A DNA stretch of 48,347 bases, from assembly GCF_000181795.1 (NCBI RefSeq), contig NW_003526947.1, positions 1 through 48,347 of the forward strand. The letters run 5' to 3'. Of the stretch, positions 13,317 to 24,318 are shown one piece after another. Each line of letters starts with the position of its first letter. Position 1 is the stretch's first letter. A program made the position numbers and the translations under genes. The notes under the pieces were generated by a model that ran no database searches, was not told the DNA's origin, and saw only the letters and a program-made list of their open reading frames with translations. Source of the DNA: Trichinella spiralis. Its lineage: Eukaryota.

Positions 13317-14384
13317 TAAATTATTTACACATGCACACAAATTTTCGTTTTTATTTCTGTTGAGTGTGTTGAAAACATGGTGATACATAATTTTAAAAGT
13401 ATTTAATTAAAAGAATATTTAATAAATATCATAAACATATTGAATTTGTATTTAAATGTCCTGCAAAATCCTACGTTTCGAATGGTATTTTTAGAAGCGT
13501 GCATTAACCTATCACTCTGCTAACGTTCGTGTTGATTTATCACCACAGCTGCCGTTGTTTCTTGCGGCAAAAAATAAACAATTGATATTGTTATTATTAT
13601 TATTGAATATGAGAGCAATAGTCAATTATTTAGGTGGGTTCTAGTTCGTGGAAGAGGGAAGTCGTTGTATCAGTTTGCTCGTATATGCCTGTTGTTTGAT
13701 TGTATATTTAATAAAATCTACTCACAATTATCAGATACAAAGCGAGATTTGTAAAATTCAGATCTGGCGTAAAAGAAGACAGTTAGCTGCAGAATTTAAT
13801 TGTCAATAATCAAGTGCAGTACGATTGCCCTTCGAGTCTACTACATGTTCAACTATTTTTTTGTATTGTTGCGGAACATGCCACATTAGGAAGAACTTTC
13901 CATTTAAATATATTGAAAATCTCCAATTCTGTTGTAATCCCAATTGTGTAAAACTAATCAAACGGTACTTGGAAAATAATAGAAGAATACAAAATAAAAA
14001 GCAATAATCAATTAATCCTCAAATAAAACAGATTGTTTATCAATAGCTATTTAATAAATAAATGAAAGATTTCTGTATATGAATTCATACTTATGAATTT
14101 TTATGAGTCTCTATGACAATGACTCTATGAGACATTGAGAAGCTTAATTTTTATTGATGATAACAACAAAAAATTCAGGGAGATTTTATTCTGATTTTAA
14201 TAGCAAAACACACCCCTTGAATCAATATTATTCATTCGACTCACAGGCAAAAGTATTTCCTCCTGTGATACTTTTCAATTCATCTTTTCTCTTCGGTGAG
14301 GCTTATTATTTCACTTTGCTCACACTATTATTAGAGCTTTAATGAGTCTCATACACTTTGACATGTGTGGAAGCTGTTTTGAAA

Positions 14385-14460
14385 TACCCCGTCTTATTAT
14401 GGGATTCGAACACACATAGCTTCTGCAGAAGACATGCACTAATCCGCATGACTAGCACGC
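14385..14460 (-). other. Possible tRNA-derived SINE head or tRNA pseudogene
   Basis: Minus strand has an A-box-like TAGTCATGCGGATTAG followed ~30 nt later by the B-box GTTCGAATCCC. No clean cloverleaf. Confidence 0.35.
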
Positions 14461-15359
14461 ATACAATTTGAAAGTGAACGATGCTAATATATATAGTTTA
14501 GTTCATATTATTTTTGGTGTGCTAAAAAAAGCAATAAAAATAATAATAATTACTATTATCGCTTTTAATATTTTAACACATTTGCCTGTTTTTTTAACTT
14601 TTTATTGTTCTTCTTTCTGTAAAGCACACTAATAGGAACATCAGAAACTGTGTTTGTTCATTATTTGAAACTACTGTTGAATTTAATGTTTTAATAATGT
14701 CATGACTTTTTTGCTTTTTCCAAGCACTGCTGTCATCGGCGTCAATCAAATAGCAACGTTCATAATTTACCATCGCATTTCACAATCCAATATTTGTATA
14801 ATTAAAATAACGGTATAGTTATGATATGTAAATTCCAAGAATTGCATGATTATTGTAAATAGGTTATCTGCCGCATTTCTATAGCAAACTAAATTTCAGT
14901 AAATACGGCGGTGATTGAAGATCAATATAATGTACATTTAAAAACTAAGTGTATTTTTTGTGGTGGAGGTGATATTTTAATTTCAATAAAATAAAAGTCT
15001 TATGTTATTTTGTTCTGACTACAAAATCCAAAATGAGATATTTACAAGGTTTGGTAAATTGTTGTATTGGATTACACAATCTTCAACCATGCAGCACAAT
15101 TGGAATGTGTTCATTTAAATAACAATTCAAGTTTATAATGCTGAATTTGCATGGCACATTTGTCTCTTTCTCTACGTTTAATTTATAGCCCATAATAATA
15201 TTTCAGTAAAACACAAACAAACAATTATTATTATTTATTTCGATAAAGAATTAAATATATAAAAGAAAATTAAATGTGACATCTATAAAGAAATAAATGA
15301 TCTTTAAAATGTGAATATAACAAAAAAATAGGTGGAGTTAAAGAATCATCAGACACTAG

Positions 15360-15773
15360 TTAGAGATGAATTATTTGCAGCATAACATCCTTTGGTGGTA
15401 CATTGCAGTTCTCTCTGGAAATTATCACTGGCTTCATTTGCACCATTATTCTATTCAACGGTGGATCTCTTCTCACAGCAACAATCTTCTTACACGCCAT
15501 TTGTTGCGCATTACGGCCACAGAGATATTCGCCACTTGGAACTTTGGAATAAAATCGAAGTGGAACCGATTTGAAACAGCCGATATCTTTTAATACTTGA
15601 TTCTGCCGTATTTCCCTACGACGTCTCCAATCGGTATTTTTCGCCTTTCTGTACAGCAAAATTAAGTAGAAAATGGCGACCACCATCGCGATCCATTGGA
15701 TCACTGCTGCCATCCTAATCACATACTGAAACCGTTTTACGAACTCGCAATTGAACATTCGAGAATCAAGCAT
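15360..15773 (-). CDS. Orphan 137-aa predicted single-pass membrane protein with a basic juxtamembrane segment
   Basis: Intact ORF; hydrophobic AAVIQWIAMVVAIFYLILLY followed by RKAKNTDWRRRR. GTAAGT...TTTCAG 5'UTR intron at 15775-15825, TATA and Inr upstream, and a paralogous pseudogene at 12775-12990. Confidence 0.7.
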   Translation of the reverse strand: MLDSRMFNCEFVKRFQYVIRMAAVIQWIAMVVAIFYLILLYRKAKNTDWRRRREIRQNQVLKDIGCFKSVPLRFYSKVPSGEYLCGRNAQQMACKKIVAVRRDPPLNRIMVQMKPVIISRENCNVPPKDVMLQIIHL

Positions 15774-15864
15774 TCTGAAAGAGAACGAAAATTACAAAAT
15801 TTTACCCTCTAAATTGTTCACTTACTTGACGTCAGAGGAGCGTCCTGTTCGTCAAAAAAGGCAA

Positions 15865-15900
15865 AACTGATTGCAAATCCCGTCAATCGCTGCTTATATA
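15865..15900 (-). promoter_or_regulatory. TATA box plus Initiator of the orphan gene
   Basis: TATATAA at 15900-15894 and TCAGTT at 15870-15865 on the minus strand, ~30 bp apart. Confidence 0.65.
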
Positions 15901-16011
15901 TAGCTAGAGTTTAATGTACTTTAAACGTTTTTTGTTTTAAATTTGATCAATGAAGCTTTTTGTTTAAATTTACCTCCAATGTTTATATATTTTAAATTTA
16001 CTCTAAATTAA

Positions 16012-16888
16012 CCCTTTGATGAATTGTTGGGGTGTAGCACACCCCAGGCGGTTTTGTTTTCGATGCAGTTTGTCAATTTTTATTTTTATAGTCTGAAGCT
16101 TTGTGACCTCTCTTTTGAAACAATAAGATATGTTTTGAAAAGAAATGCAATACTGCAGATATTTTTGTTCGGTCTATGGAACATCGTAAATTTGAAAAAT
16201 ACATTGCTGGATTCTTGGGGTGTGGCATATCTCACTTTACAATGACACGTGTAAAAAGCTTGAATTATGTTCAATTATTATGAAAATTGTTTTATAATAA
16301 ACGTAGATCAACAGATTTATTAAGCCAATTTTGTCGGATTTTCAGCTAGAAGAGACTTAAAATTTTTTCAAATAATGAAATTTTAATCAAAATACATAAA
16401 AATAAATAAATAATACACACTGAAATCCAAAAAATGTGGAATATTGATTTCCTGCTCAACACTTTTCCATTTGTTTACGTTAAAACTATAGAAAGGGTTT
16501 AGAATAGCGTAGTCGTTTTGCAACTAAAAAAATGACTATAAACCTGAGTTTTGCATCAAAATGTGCAGAATAACACGTTACACTCAAGTCTGTAATTTGT
16601 TTTACGAATTTTACAAAACTAAGTCGACACGAAGAAAAAAACTGAAAAAATGACGATTTTTTAACGTTAATTTTGTTGCATTTTTTGCCATATATATATT
16701 TTTGCCATATTTAGCCATATATATATACATTTTTGCCATGTACAGCATTCTTCGTACTATCAAATAAAACAAAAATCATAAAAATTGAACATACTTCCAG
16801 CTTTTTACACGTGTTTTTCTAAAGTAGGGTGTATTACACCCCAACCCACCTCCAACAACGTACCTAACGCCAACAATCCATCAAAAGG
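16012..16888. mobile_element. Non-autonomous piggyBac-type MITE (877 bp)
   Basis: TTAA|CCCTTTGATGAATTGTTGG ... CCAACAATCCATCAAAAGG|TTTA. There is a ~60 bp subterminal inverted repeat (16215-16276 vs 16783-16844) and three GGGTG-N6-CACCCC-type palindromes. Confidence 0.85.
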
Positions 16889-16889
16889 T

Positions 16890-17974
16890 TTAGTTGCCGT
16901 TCCTTTACAATTTCCATTTGCAACCTTTGAACTTGTATTTCAATGATAAAGAAAAGTTGAATATTGGAGATCAAAAGCAGCGCTCATGATTTAGCTGATC
17001 TGCTGCATTTTCTACCCAACAACAGAACGCTAAATAAAATTGGTTTTCCGTTTAAGTTTGCTCCATCACGGGTGCCTATTATCCTTCTCATCTCAGCTCC
17101 AATTTGCATATGCTCTGCGATCATATAATAATCATTGCTGATTATCCACATTGGCCAGCATAAAAAGCTTTGCTTACTTTCAAAAAGAAAGAAACTTTGT
17201 AAAGATTAAAATGTTCTGATTAGAAACAAGAAAGATTTTTTTTACAAAATCTATATATTTAAGTAAATTTGTTTCTTTTTATTATTAACATGAAATTTCA
17301 GATGTATACCTTTTAACTCAAGCTAATTATTCGATATTCCTTTGAACAGTTCCTTGAAGATTGATGTGCATAACTCTGGAACCGCCTTCCTACTGGTTGT
17401 TTTGCATTACACTTTATTGTTTGCTTTTTTTCCTTTTTCGCCTTTTGTTACTATCTATCGTTTACTGCTGATGTGTTGTTGAATAGTGAAAAATGAAAAT
17501 TATTATTCTACTTATTCCGCTGCATTTGTTGAGCTGTTGCCATCTCATCTGTTACAACTTCATTATGGTACAACAGTAAAATACAGAATAATGATAAATA
17601 TTGTTTTTGAAAATACTGATTACTGAGAAGTATGAGCTTCACAGCAAGTAATATATTAAAAAAGCAAAATTTCCATGAATGAGAACAATTCGTAAATTTT
17701 GATGAAAATTAATTTAATAAAATAATAAACTCTGAAAATAATGAAAAGTTACACTACTGAAGTTACGTCACTAATATTAAAGTTACGTAATGGTAAATGG
17801 AAATATTTGGACCAATCATGAAATAAAAAAGCTAATCAAAACAGAAAAATTTGAATCAATGAACAGTTAGATAACAAAAACCAATCTGACTACGTCATAA
17901 ATGTCCAATGAGAAGCCGACTTCAACAACCAGTAAGAAAACGCGGTGACAATTTTTCCCGAAATCCAGCATCCC
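16890..17974. mobile_element. MULE-family right arm with terminal inverted repeat (copy 3), abutting and overlapping the cyclin L 3' end
   Basis: Collinear with 3384-3427, 4167-4240, 4511-4565 and 5455-6040. The putative terminus reads GGGATGCTGGATTTCGGG on the minus strand from 17974. Confidence 0.7.
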
Positions 17975-20900
17975 AATGACGATGACGTCTGTGACGAGAT
18001 CGATGACGACGACGATGTCTTGATCGGCTGCGACTGCGGCTTCCACTATGATGAGATCTTGAACGGTGGTGCACTCGACGAGATTTGGACTTTTCACCCT
18101 TTTCGCCATGACCATTCCTCCTTGAATAGGACGAATATTTTTCTTCCTCTCCTGTATTTCTTCTCCTACGTGCAGTAGATTTGACAATTTTCTCTGCAAA
18201 TGCATGCAACAATAATAGAATTCAAACAAACGGAAAACTCAATTAACTTACTGCTTTCAAAATTATCAACAGCTGCTTCTTGATCAACAGTTTGCTTTAA
18301 TTTCAATTCGTCGACCACGGTCGCGTCCACTACATTAGCAACATTTGCTAATTTCATTTCTCGCAGCTGACGCAATCGATCCAAAATCTCTTCCGCTTCT
18401 GCCCAGTCCATCTGTTCAGTCAGAAAAAAACAAGCAAACAATCAAACATTGAACTGCAAAACCAATAGTCATACATATTTTTGCCTGTACAAGCCCAAAA
18501 TGCGAAAACAAATATCGTAAATTTCTCGATCCGATGCATTAAATAATCGCCACCAAGGCTTCTCCAACGGCATTGGAATTGAGTACGCACGTGCCGCCAT
18601 GTAAACACAAGCACAAGCGATTGTTTCCGGTGCGTAACGCAAAAACACGTCCGATCGTAGACTGTCGTTCATAAAGTTCCTGAATAATCCAATAAATAAT
18701 CAATCAACCAAGTCAAATTGCATATATGATAATTATTCAAGTATAAAAATTCCATTAATTAAAAATACAAAAAAAAATATCTGCAAATGTTCCTGAAAAT
18801 ATAAATTCAACAAACAGTGCAAACAATAACGTAAACGTAACTTAACTTGAAATATTAACTCAACAAAAAATGAATAAATCATACCATGCTTTCTGCAGCA
18901 CAGACAAGTTGTCCAAAGTGTTCAACGCTTTCAAAAAGACATAAATCAGCTTAAACACATTTTAAACAGTTCACAATAAACATTATTTATAATGCGTAAA
19001 TCAACAAATTTCTTTTACCTTGTGAGGATGCTTCACATGGACACAAAATCCAAGTTCCTTCAAAATCCGACGTTCTGCTTTGATTACTTCATTTTTCAGA
19101 AAAACATAACGATGATCTAAAGCGCACGGCAAAATCCTACAAAAAAGTTTCACAAATACCACGACAAAACAAGTTAAAAGCATTAATAACACGTTGAAGC
19201 ACAAAATGGCACTTAAAACTGATGGCAATACTGCACATTAAATCACATCCTACTTCCGTTGACAATTCTAAAAATCATGAATAAATATAAAAAATTTTGA
19301 AATCTAACAACCATTAAAAATAATAATCGTATAAAAGATGTCCAAAAGTTCCGGCTGGTAAAACTTTTGTCTTAATCATTTTCTGGCAATTCTGAGCTTA
19401 CCAAAATTTTGCTGAAGTAACCATGCATAGTTGTCATCACTGTCAAAATGCCAACGTGAAACTTCAATCTTGCGAAGGAAGCGATTCAATTAGTGTCGAT
19501 CAAAGATGCTCTTTCATTCCAAAAGACTTCAAAACAAACATTTTTGAAAGTTTTGTAAAATCTCAAACGTTTACAGCTAATTACGGAACAATTGAAAACA
19601 AAAATGTAACTTTAAATTTAATCAATCTTAAATGATCGTGTCAATTTGTCAGTTAAGGCTAAAAGCAATGAAAATACAAAACATTTAAAAACTATAAAAA
19701 ACATTACTTGAAATAAAAACACTATTAAAATTCAAAAATGAATAAAAATAAAACCTTGATTTCCAAATATTAATTTTCTAAAAATAAAACAAAAAAAGCA
19801 AAATACATTCGAATTGATTCAAGCTAATAAAAAAACTACCATAAATTTCCAAAATTCCACGTCAATATGTGTAGGCTATAAAAAAATTATTAAAACGTCA
19901 AACGGAAGTAAAATGCGATAAAACGTACAGCATACGAACCATCAGCTCTGGTTCTATAAAACGTTTTGTGTTTAAAAATTTCCTAATAATTAATCAGGCC
20001 GGTCTGTAACTGCACCAGCCGTGTGTATGTGTGGTCGCACAGGTTGAAAGTACAGCCGATCACATCATGCGGACACACCGCGTTGCTGATGTACATGCGG
20101 ATAGTCCGAACAATTGGACATGCTTGACAGCCGCGCCGAACACTTCTAGCGGCTAGAGAACAAAAATTACATTACTCAGTGCTTCAACATACCTTAGATT
20201 GCTATGGATATTGAATAATTACAGCAATGCTAAAAGCAACAATGATATCGCAAATCAACTATTCGATTCATAGAGATAATCACGCAGACTGACAAGTTTC
20301 TTTATTTCCAAGAGACCAGAAAATCACTAATCAAGAAATGAGAAATCTCATCGCTTACCTAACTTCATTCACACTAATGCAGGAAACTAAACTCAATTCT
20401 TTACCATATCAAAAGGACATGTTAATTAGTAATAATCGAGTGCAAACCATTCCAACACCCTCATATGATTAATTCAACCAAAATACATCAAAATAGATAC
20501 TTATTTATGCACGGAATAAAGAACTCAACACGACAGCACTTATTATGCAGATATTTAAGAAAACTAAAAAATAAAAAAATTTTGGACGCAACAAACAAAA
20601 AGTCATCATACAGGGAAAAATTGACCCAACAAAAAACTAAAACAATTCCTTGAGGCTCAAATATGAAGGCAGATGAGAAATAAATAAGTTCATCAACAAA
20701 AAAGAAAAGAACTCACTTGTTTTCCGATAGTAATCCTTGTTTAATCATACGTCGCTGCTTCAACTGATGAAACACATTGATTACATCACGGATACGACGA
20801 GGAGATTCTTCAATTTTGCTCGCCAGATAAATACATGCCATACAAACGTACTTGAACAAATAAAAACAATAAAACATAAAACAATAAACGTAACATAAAT

Positions 20901-21273
20901 GCTCACATCAAAAGTACACCGAAGAAAGGAACGGGCATAAAAGAATCTGTGAAAAATAATCTGACCCGTAGCTGCAGCCACCTAAAAGCAATATTTGAGA
21001 AGGCAAAAAAAACACTTACTGAAATCTCACCTGAGGTAAACGTAAAAGAATTGAAGCACGTTGGATGAGGTCGCAGCCACAGAAACGAATAGCACGTTCC
21101 GTTTCATAGTCCATTCCGTCGGCTAACGATGGCGGATTGCTAAGAATTTCCGCAGGAAGAATTGGATTTTCCAACGTGATCGACACGCCTGAGTACAGCC
21201 TGGGAAGATTGAAATACGCTGCACTTACTTCCTTATCCGTATAATCATATGCGACTGCACTTTGTTTAGACAT
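17922..21273 (-). CDS. CCNL1: Cyclin L (cyclin boxes plus C-terminal RS domain), ~423 aa; exons 21273-21031, 20981-20907, 20850-20717, 19136-19019, 18949-18885, 18679-18475, 18411-18252, 18193-17922
   Basis: Motifs [85 protein letters not shown] and an RS/H-rich tail. All junctions are GT-AG and in frame (1272 nt). Confidence 0.95.
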
Positions 21274-21690
21274 CGTCAACTGATACCACTTACAACGAAC
21301 AAGGAACTGAACAACAAACCTACAGTAAGCATGTTAACCTACTTATTTATAATTACTGTAAAATAATTACTGATAGAATTCTAACAATATAGATTATTTT
21401 GAGCAGTTAATTATAAACTTTCACATTTTATATAAAATAATTATTTAATTTAAAATAATATTTTCTGAATTATTTATTCTTTACAAATGGAGTAATTTAA
21501 GTATTATTATCGCAAGGCAAACAGAAAATGGCTTTGTAAATTTGTAAACTGTAAGCAGTAACAGAAAAAAGAACTGTTGATCCATTTAAAAACAATAAAA
21601 TTTTACAAAATACAACTACTCAAATGCATATTTGAGTACAGTTATAAGAATGATGTTTGTTCCGCCAATTCTTGAGGAACAACCTTCTGA

Positions 21691-22031
21691 TGTTCAGGTA
21701 ATAGACTGTATGCATGGATGATCGCGGCTACTCAAGTTCTGGCGAGAGTGCCAACCAGGGAAACACAAATGCTCCGTAAATAGATTTATTTCTTAAGTTC
21801 ACAACTCCACCAACAACACCAGATACAAGCACAGCATGCTATGGGCTATTGCACTTTCTCCCTACGAACTACATTGAAATCATTTTACACTGCATTGCTG
21901 CGCCCATTCATATAGGTCGAGGAGGCCCGTCCAAGGTCGAATCTTGACTGTGCATCAGGTGGTTTGCGCAACACAGCAAAGCCCGATACTCTGTTAAAAG
22001 AACAGAAAATCACACAACACGACAGGCAACA
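21691..22031 (-). mobile_element. Putative retrotransposon LTR (3' LTR-like)
   Basis: Minus strand TGTTG...GAACA with TATA-like and AATAAA motifs, preceded by the purine tract GAAGGGCAGAAATGGGGG. No TSD. Confidence 0.5.
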
Positions 22032-22912
22032 TGAAGCCCCCATTTCTGCCCTTCAATATAGACAGTTGTGGAGGAACAGGCATCTATGATCCATGAGTTG
22101 GGACCGTGGTTCTGAAACAGCCGTGCGCCAGACGATCGACAGAAGAACAATTGGAGCAGATTTATGACATATACGTATCGCGCGGCTGGGTCTCCCTGGC
22201 TCTATATAAATTAGCCAACATCGAAAAAAAGTAGTGGTCAACAGAAGCTGAAGAGAGCGTAGTGGAGGACTTTTCGAAAGAACCAACGAAGATTTTAACG
22301 AAGAGACTGCATTTTTTACCTTTGTTTGTTCATCCTCGATAACCGTAATTGTTTGCATACGGCTATTACCGACGCTGGACTGTTTACCGTAGAAAGTAAC
22401 AGTTCAGTGAAACGCGCAAATTTCGCCAACGTTGAATCTAGCGCGAAGACCTACAGTCAGCTACTGAACCTGACAGTCGGAATTGCAAGCACTCTGCTGC
22501 TACAATTATCATTATATTAAGGCTCAACTGCTCCACGTATGTTTGCATTTGCGAGGTAAATTTTAAATTTAAGCAAAAATGGCAAAGCCATGTCATTAGC
22601 AAATTGAAATATTTCAGAAATATGCTTCAATTACACAAATTCTCTAGCCATTTAGAATGAAGCGATTCAACAAGCCCTCGAAAATCCAACTTTGCTTGGA
22701 TGATTCTGATTGAACAGGAACAACATTTACTGCACTTTCTTCTGTAACGACCCGCTCTCCCGGGCGGGCTCATTCCTCGCCTCATAAGGGTTGCTGCCAC
22801 AGTCATCACCGAATGACGACGCGCCGGTGTTGACCTGTGGGTTCATCTCCGCGTCTATATCGTCCGTCCGGTTACTACCGGCCCTGCCGTCCCTTTTCCC
22901 TAATTCACGCTT

Positions 22913-23273
22913 TGTTGGAAACATTCTCGCACTCAAAGCACAGATCAAGAATACAGTATTTATTCGCAATAACAACAACGACCACCACCGTATTTAGCAA
23001 ACGCCAGACACCAGACTCTCGCTGCTAATAATAATCCGTTCCACCGTACTCCTTCCTGATCTTCAAGTACCGGTCGGCTTACGGTAGCTTCGTTCTTCTT
23101 CCTCCTCTTCGTTATTTAGAGAAGCACAGCAGTTGTTAGTTGTCAGCCTGCGTCTGCTACACTTCATTCTGCTACTCGCTATGCTGCTGAACGGCCGTCG
23201 TGGTGATGTTGCTCTAACTTTATCACTCTGCTCTGTGGCGTCTGCTTCTGGGACTGTCTTTTATTGATCGACA
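22913..23273 (-). mobile_element. Putative LTR of a second family, with GC-richer decayed internal sequence extending to ~22060
   Basis: Minus strand TGTCGA...AATAAA...TTTCCAACA. No clear PBS or TSD, and not similar to the LTR at 21691. Confidence 0.45.
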
Positions 23274-24046
23274 TAATTTAATTATTCCAAAGCCATGAAA
23301 CGAAAAGAACTACAGTCTATTGCTGATCTTCAGAAGCAGTACGCAAGATATTGTAAACTTCCTTTCTCCTGCTTGCCGCAAGTGGTTCTGTAGTCCAGGT
23401 AGTACCATTTCTGGATACACAACGACTGCCAGTATGGGAAGTTTCTCCGCCTGATTCGTCCGAACTACTGTCACAAAATCATACAGTATGATGTCTTCAT
23501 CATCTGATATTATCTCTGTTTCAAACTCTGACAAAAAATCGTAGACATTCAAGACTGAAATGTCTGTTAACAACAGAACTTTTTGTGATTGTCTGCTCGC
23601 TGAAGAGTTGCATGCGATTGATCAATAATTGGATAATGTGAAAAGCAAATAAAAATATGTTTACTGTCTTTTGCAACTTTCGTCTCCATTTGTCTTTGTA
23701 TCAGCAGTTGAAGATCAACTTGTGATATTCTTTGTGGCACCAATGCCTTTGTTGATTTTGAAAGAAGAAAATTGATCACGCACAAATGCTAACATCAAAG
23801 TATGGAATATCCACTGCGAAGTGAATTTGAAGCCGTTTTAACAGCTTTTCTGCTTCGTGTTATCCATTCCTTTCTTTCCGCTTTCAAAAGCTTTACTTTT
23901 TCCTATCTGAGTGCGTAAATACTGTTTCAGAGTGTCAACAAACAGTTGTTTCCGCCCGTCAGATAAATTACGTTTTACTTAGCAATTATATAAGATTTAT
24001 GCATGAAATGCTTTTCTGTTTGTCAGAAATTGTTCTGATGAGTAGC

Positions 24047-24318
24047 TGTTGAAAATATCTGACGGCAAACAGCGTCAAGCAAACAAAAATACTTATAACA
24101 GTTTATTATACCAGGAAGTAACAACTAATACACGAGAAATGAGACAGACTGAAAGTATACGAGTGACCTTCAGGCATGAAGTCTCTAGTTCGTAGTAACG
24201 TCGCATGCTCGTTAGTCGCTCTTATATATGTGATCAATTACTAGTTACTCTATGCAAATAATGAACGACTCAATATTTGCATAGCGTTTAGAGGAGATCC
24301 GTAGGCTCTATTTCAACA
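24047..24318 (-). mobile_element. Solo LTR (272 bp, BEL/Pao-like) with 5-bp TSD GTAGC
   Basis: GTAGC|TGTTGAAA...TTTCAACA|GTAGC, with TATATAA and AATAAA on the minus strand. The empty site ctgatgattagctaaagg is present in the homologous copy at ~2975. Confidence 0.92.

Noticed and set aside
16649..16657. aatgacgat matching the 9 bp flanking the MULE end at 17975, as a possible TSD
   Set aside because: It lies inside the piggyBac MITE and is not next to a TIR; likely coincidence.
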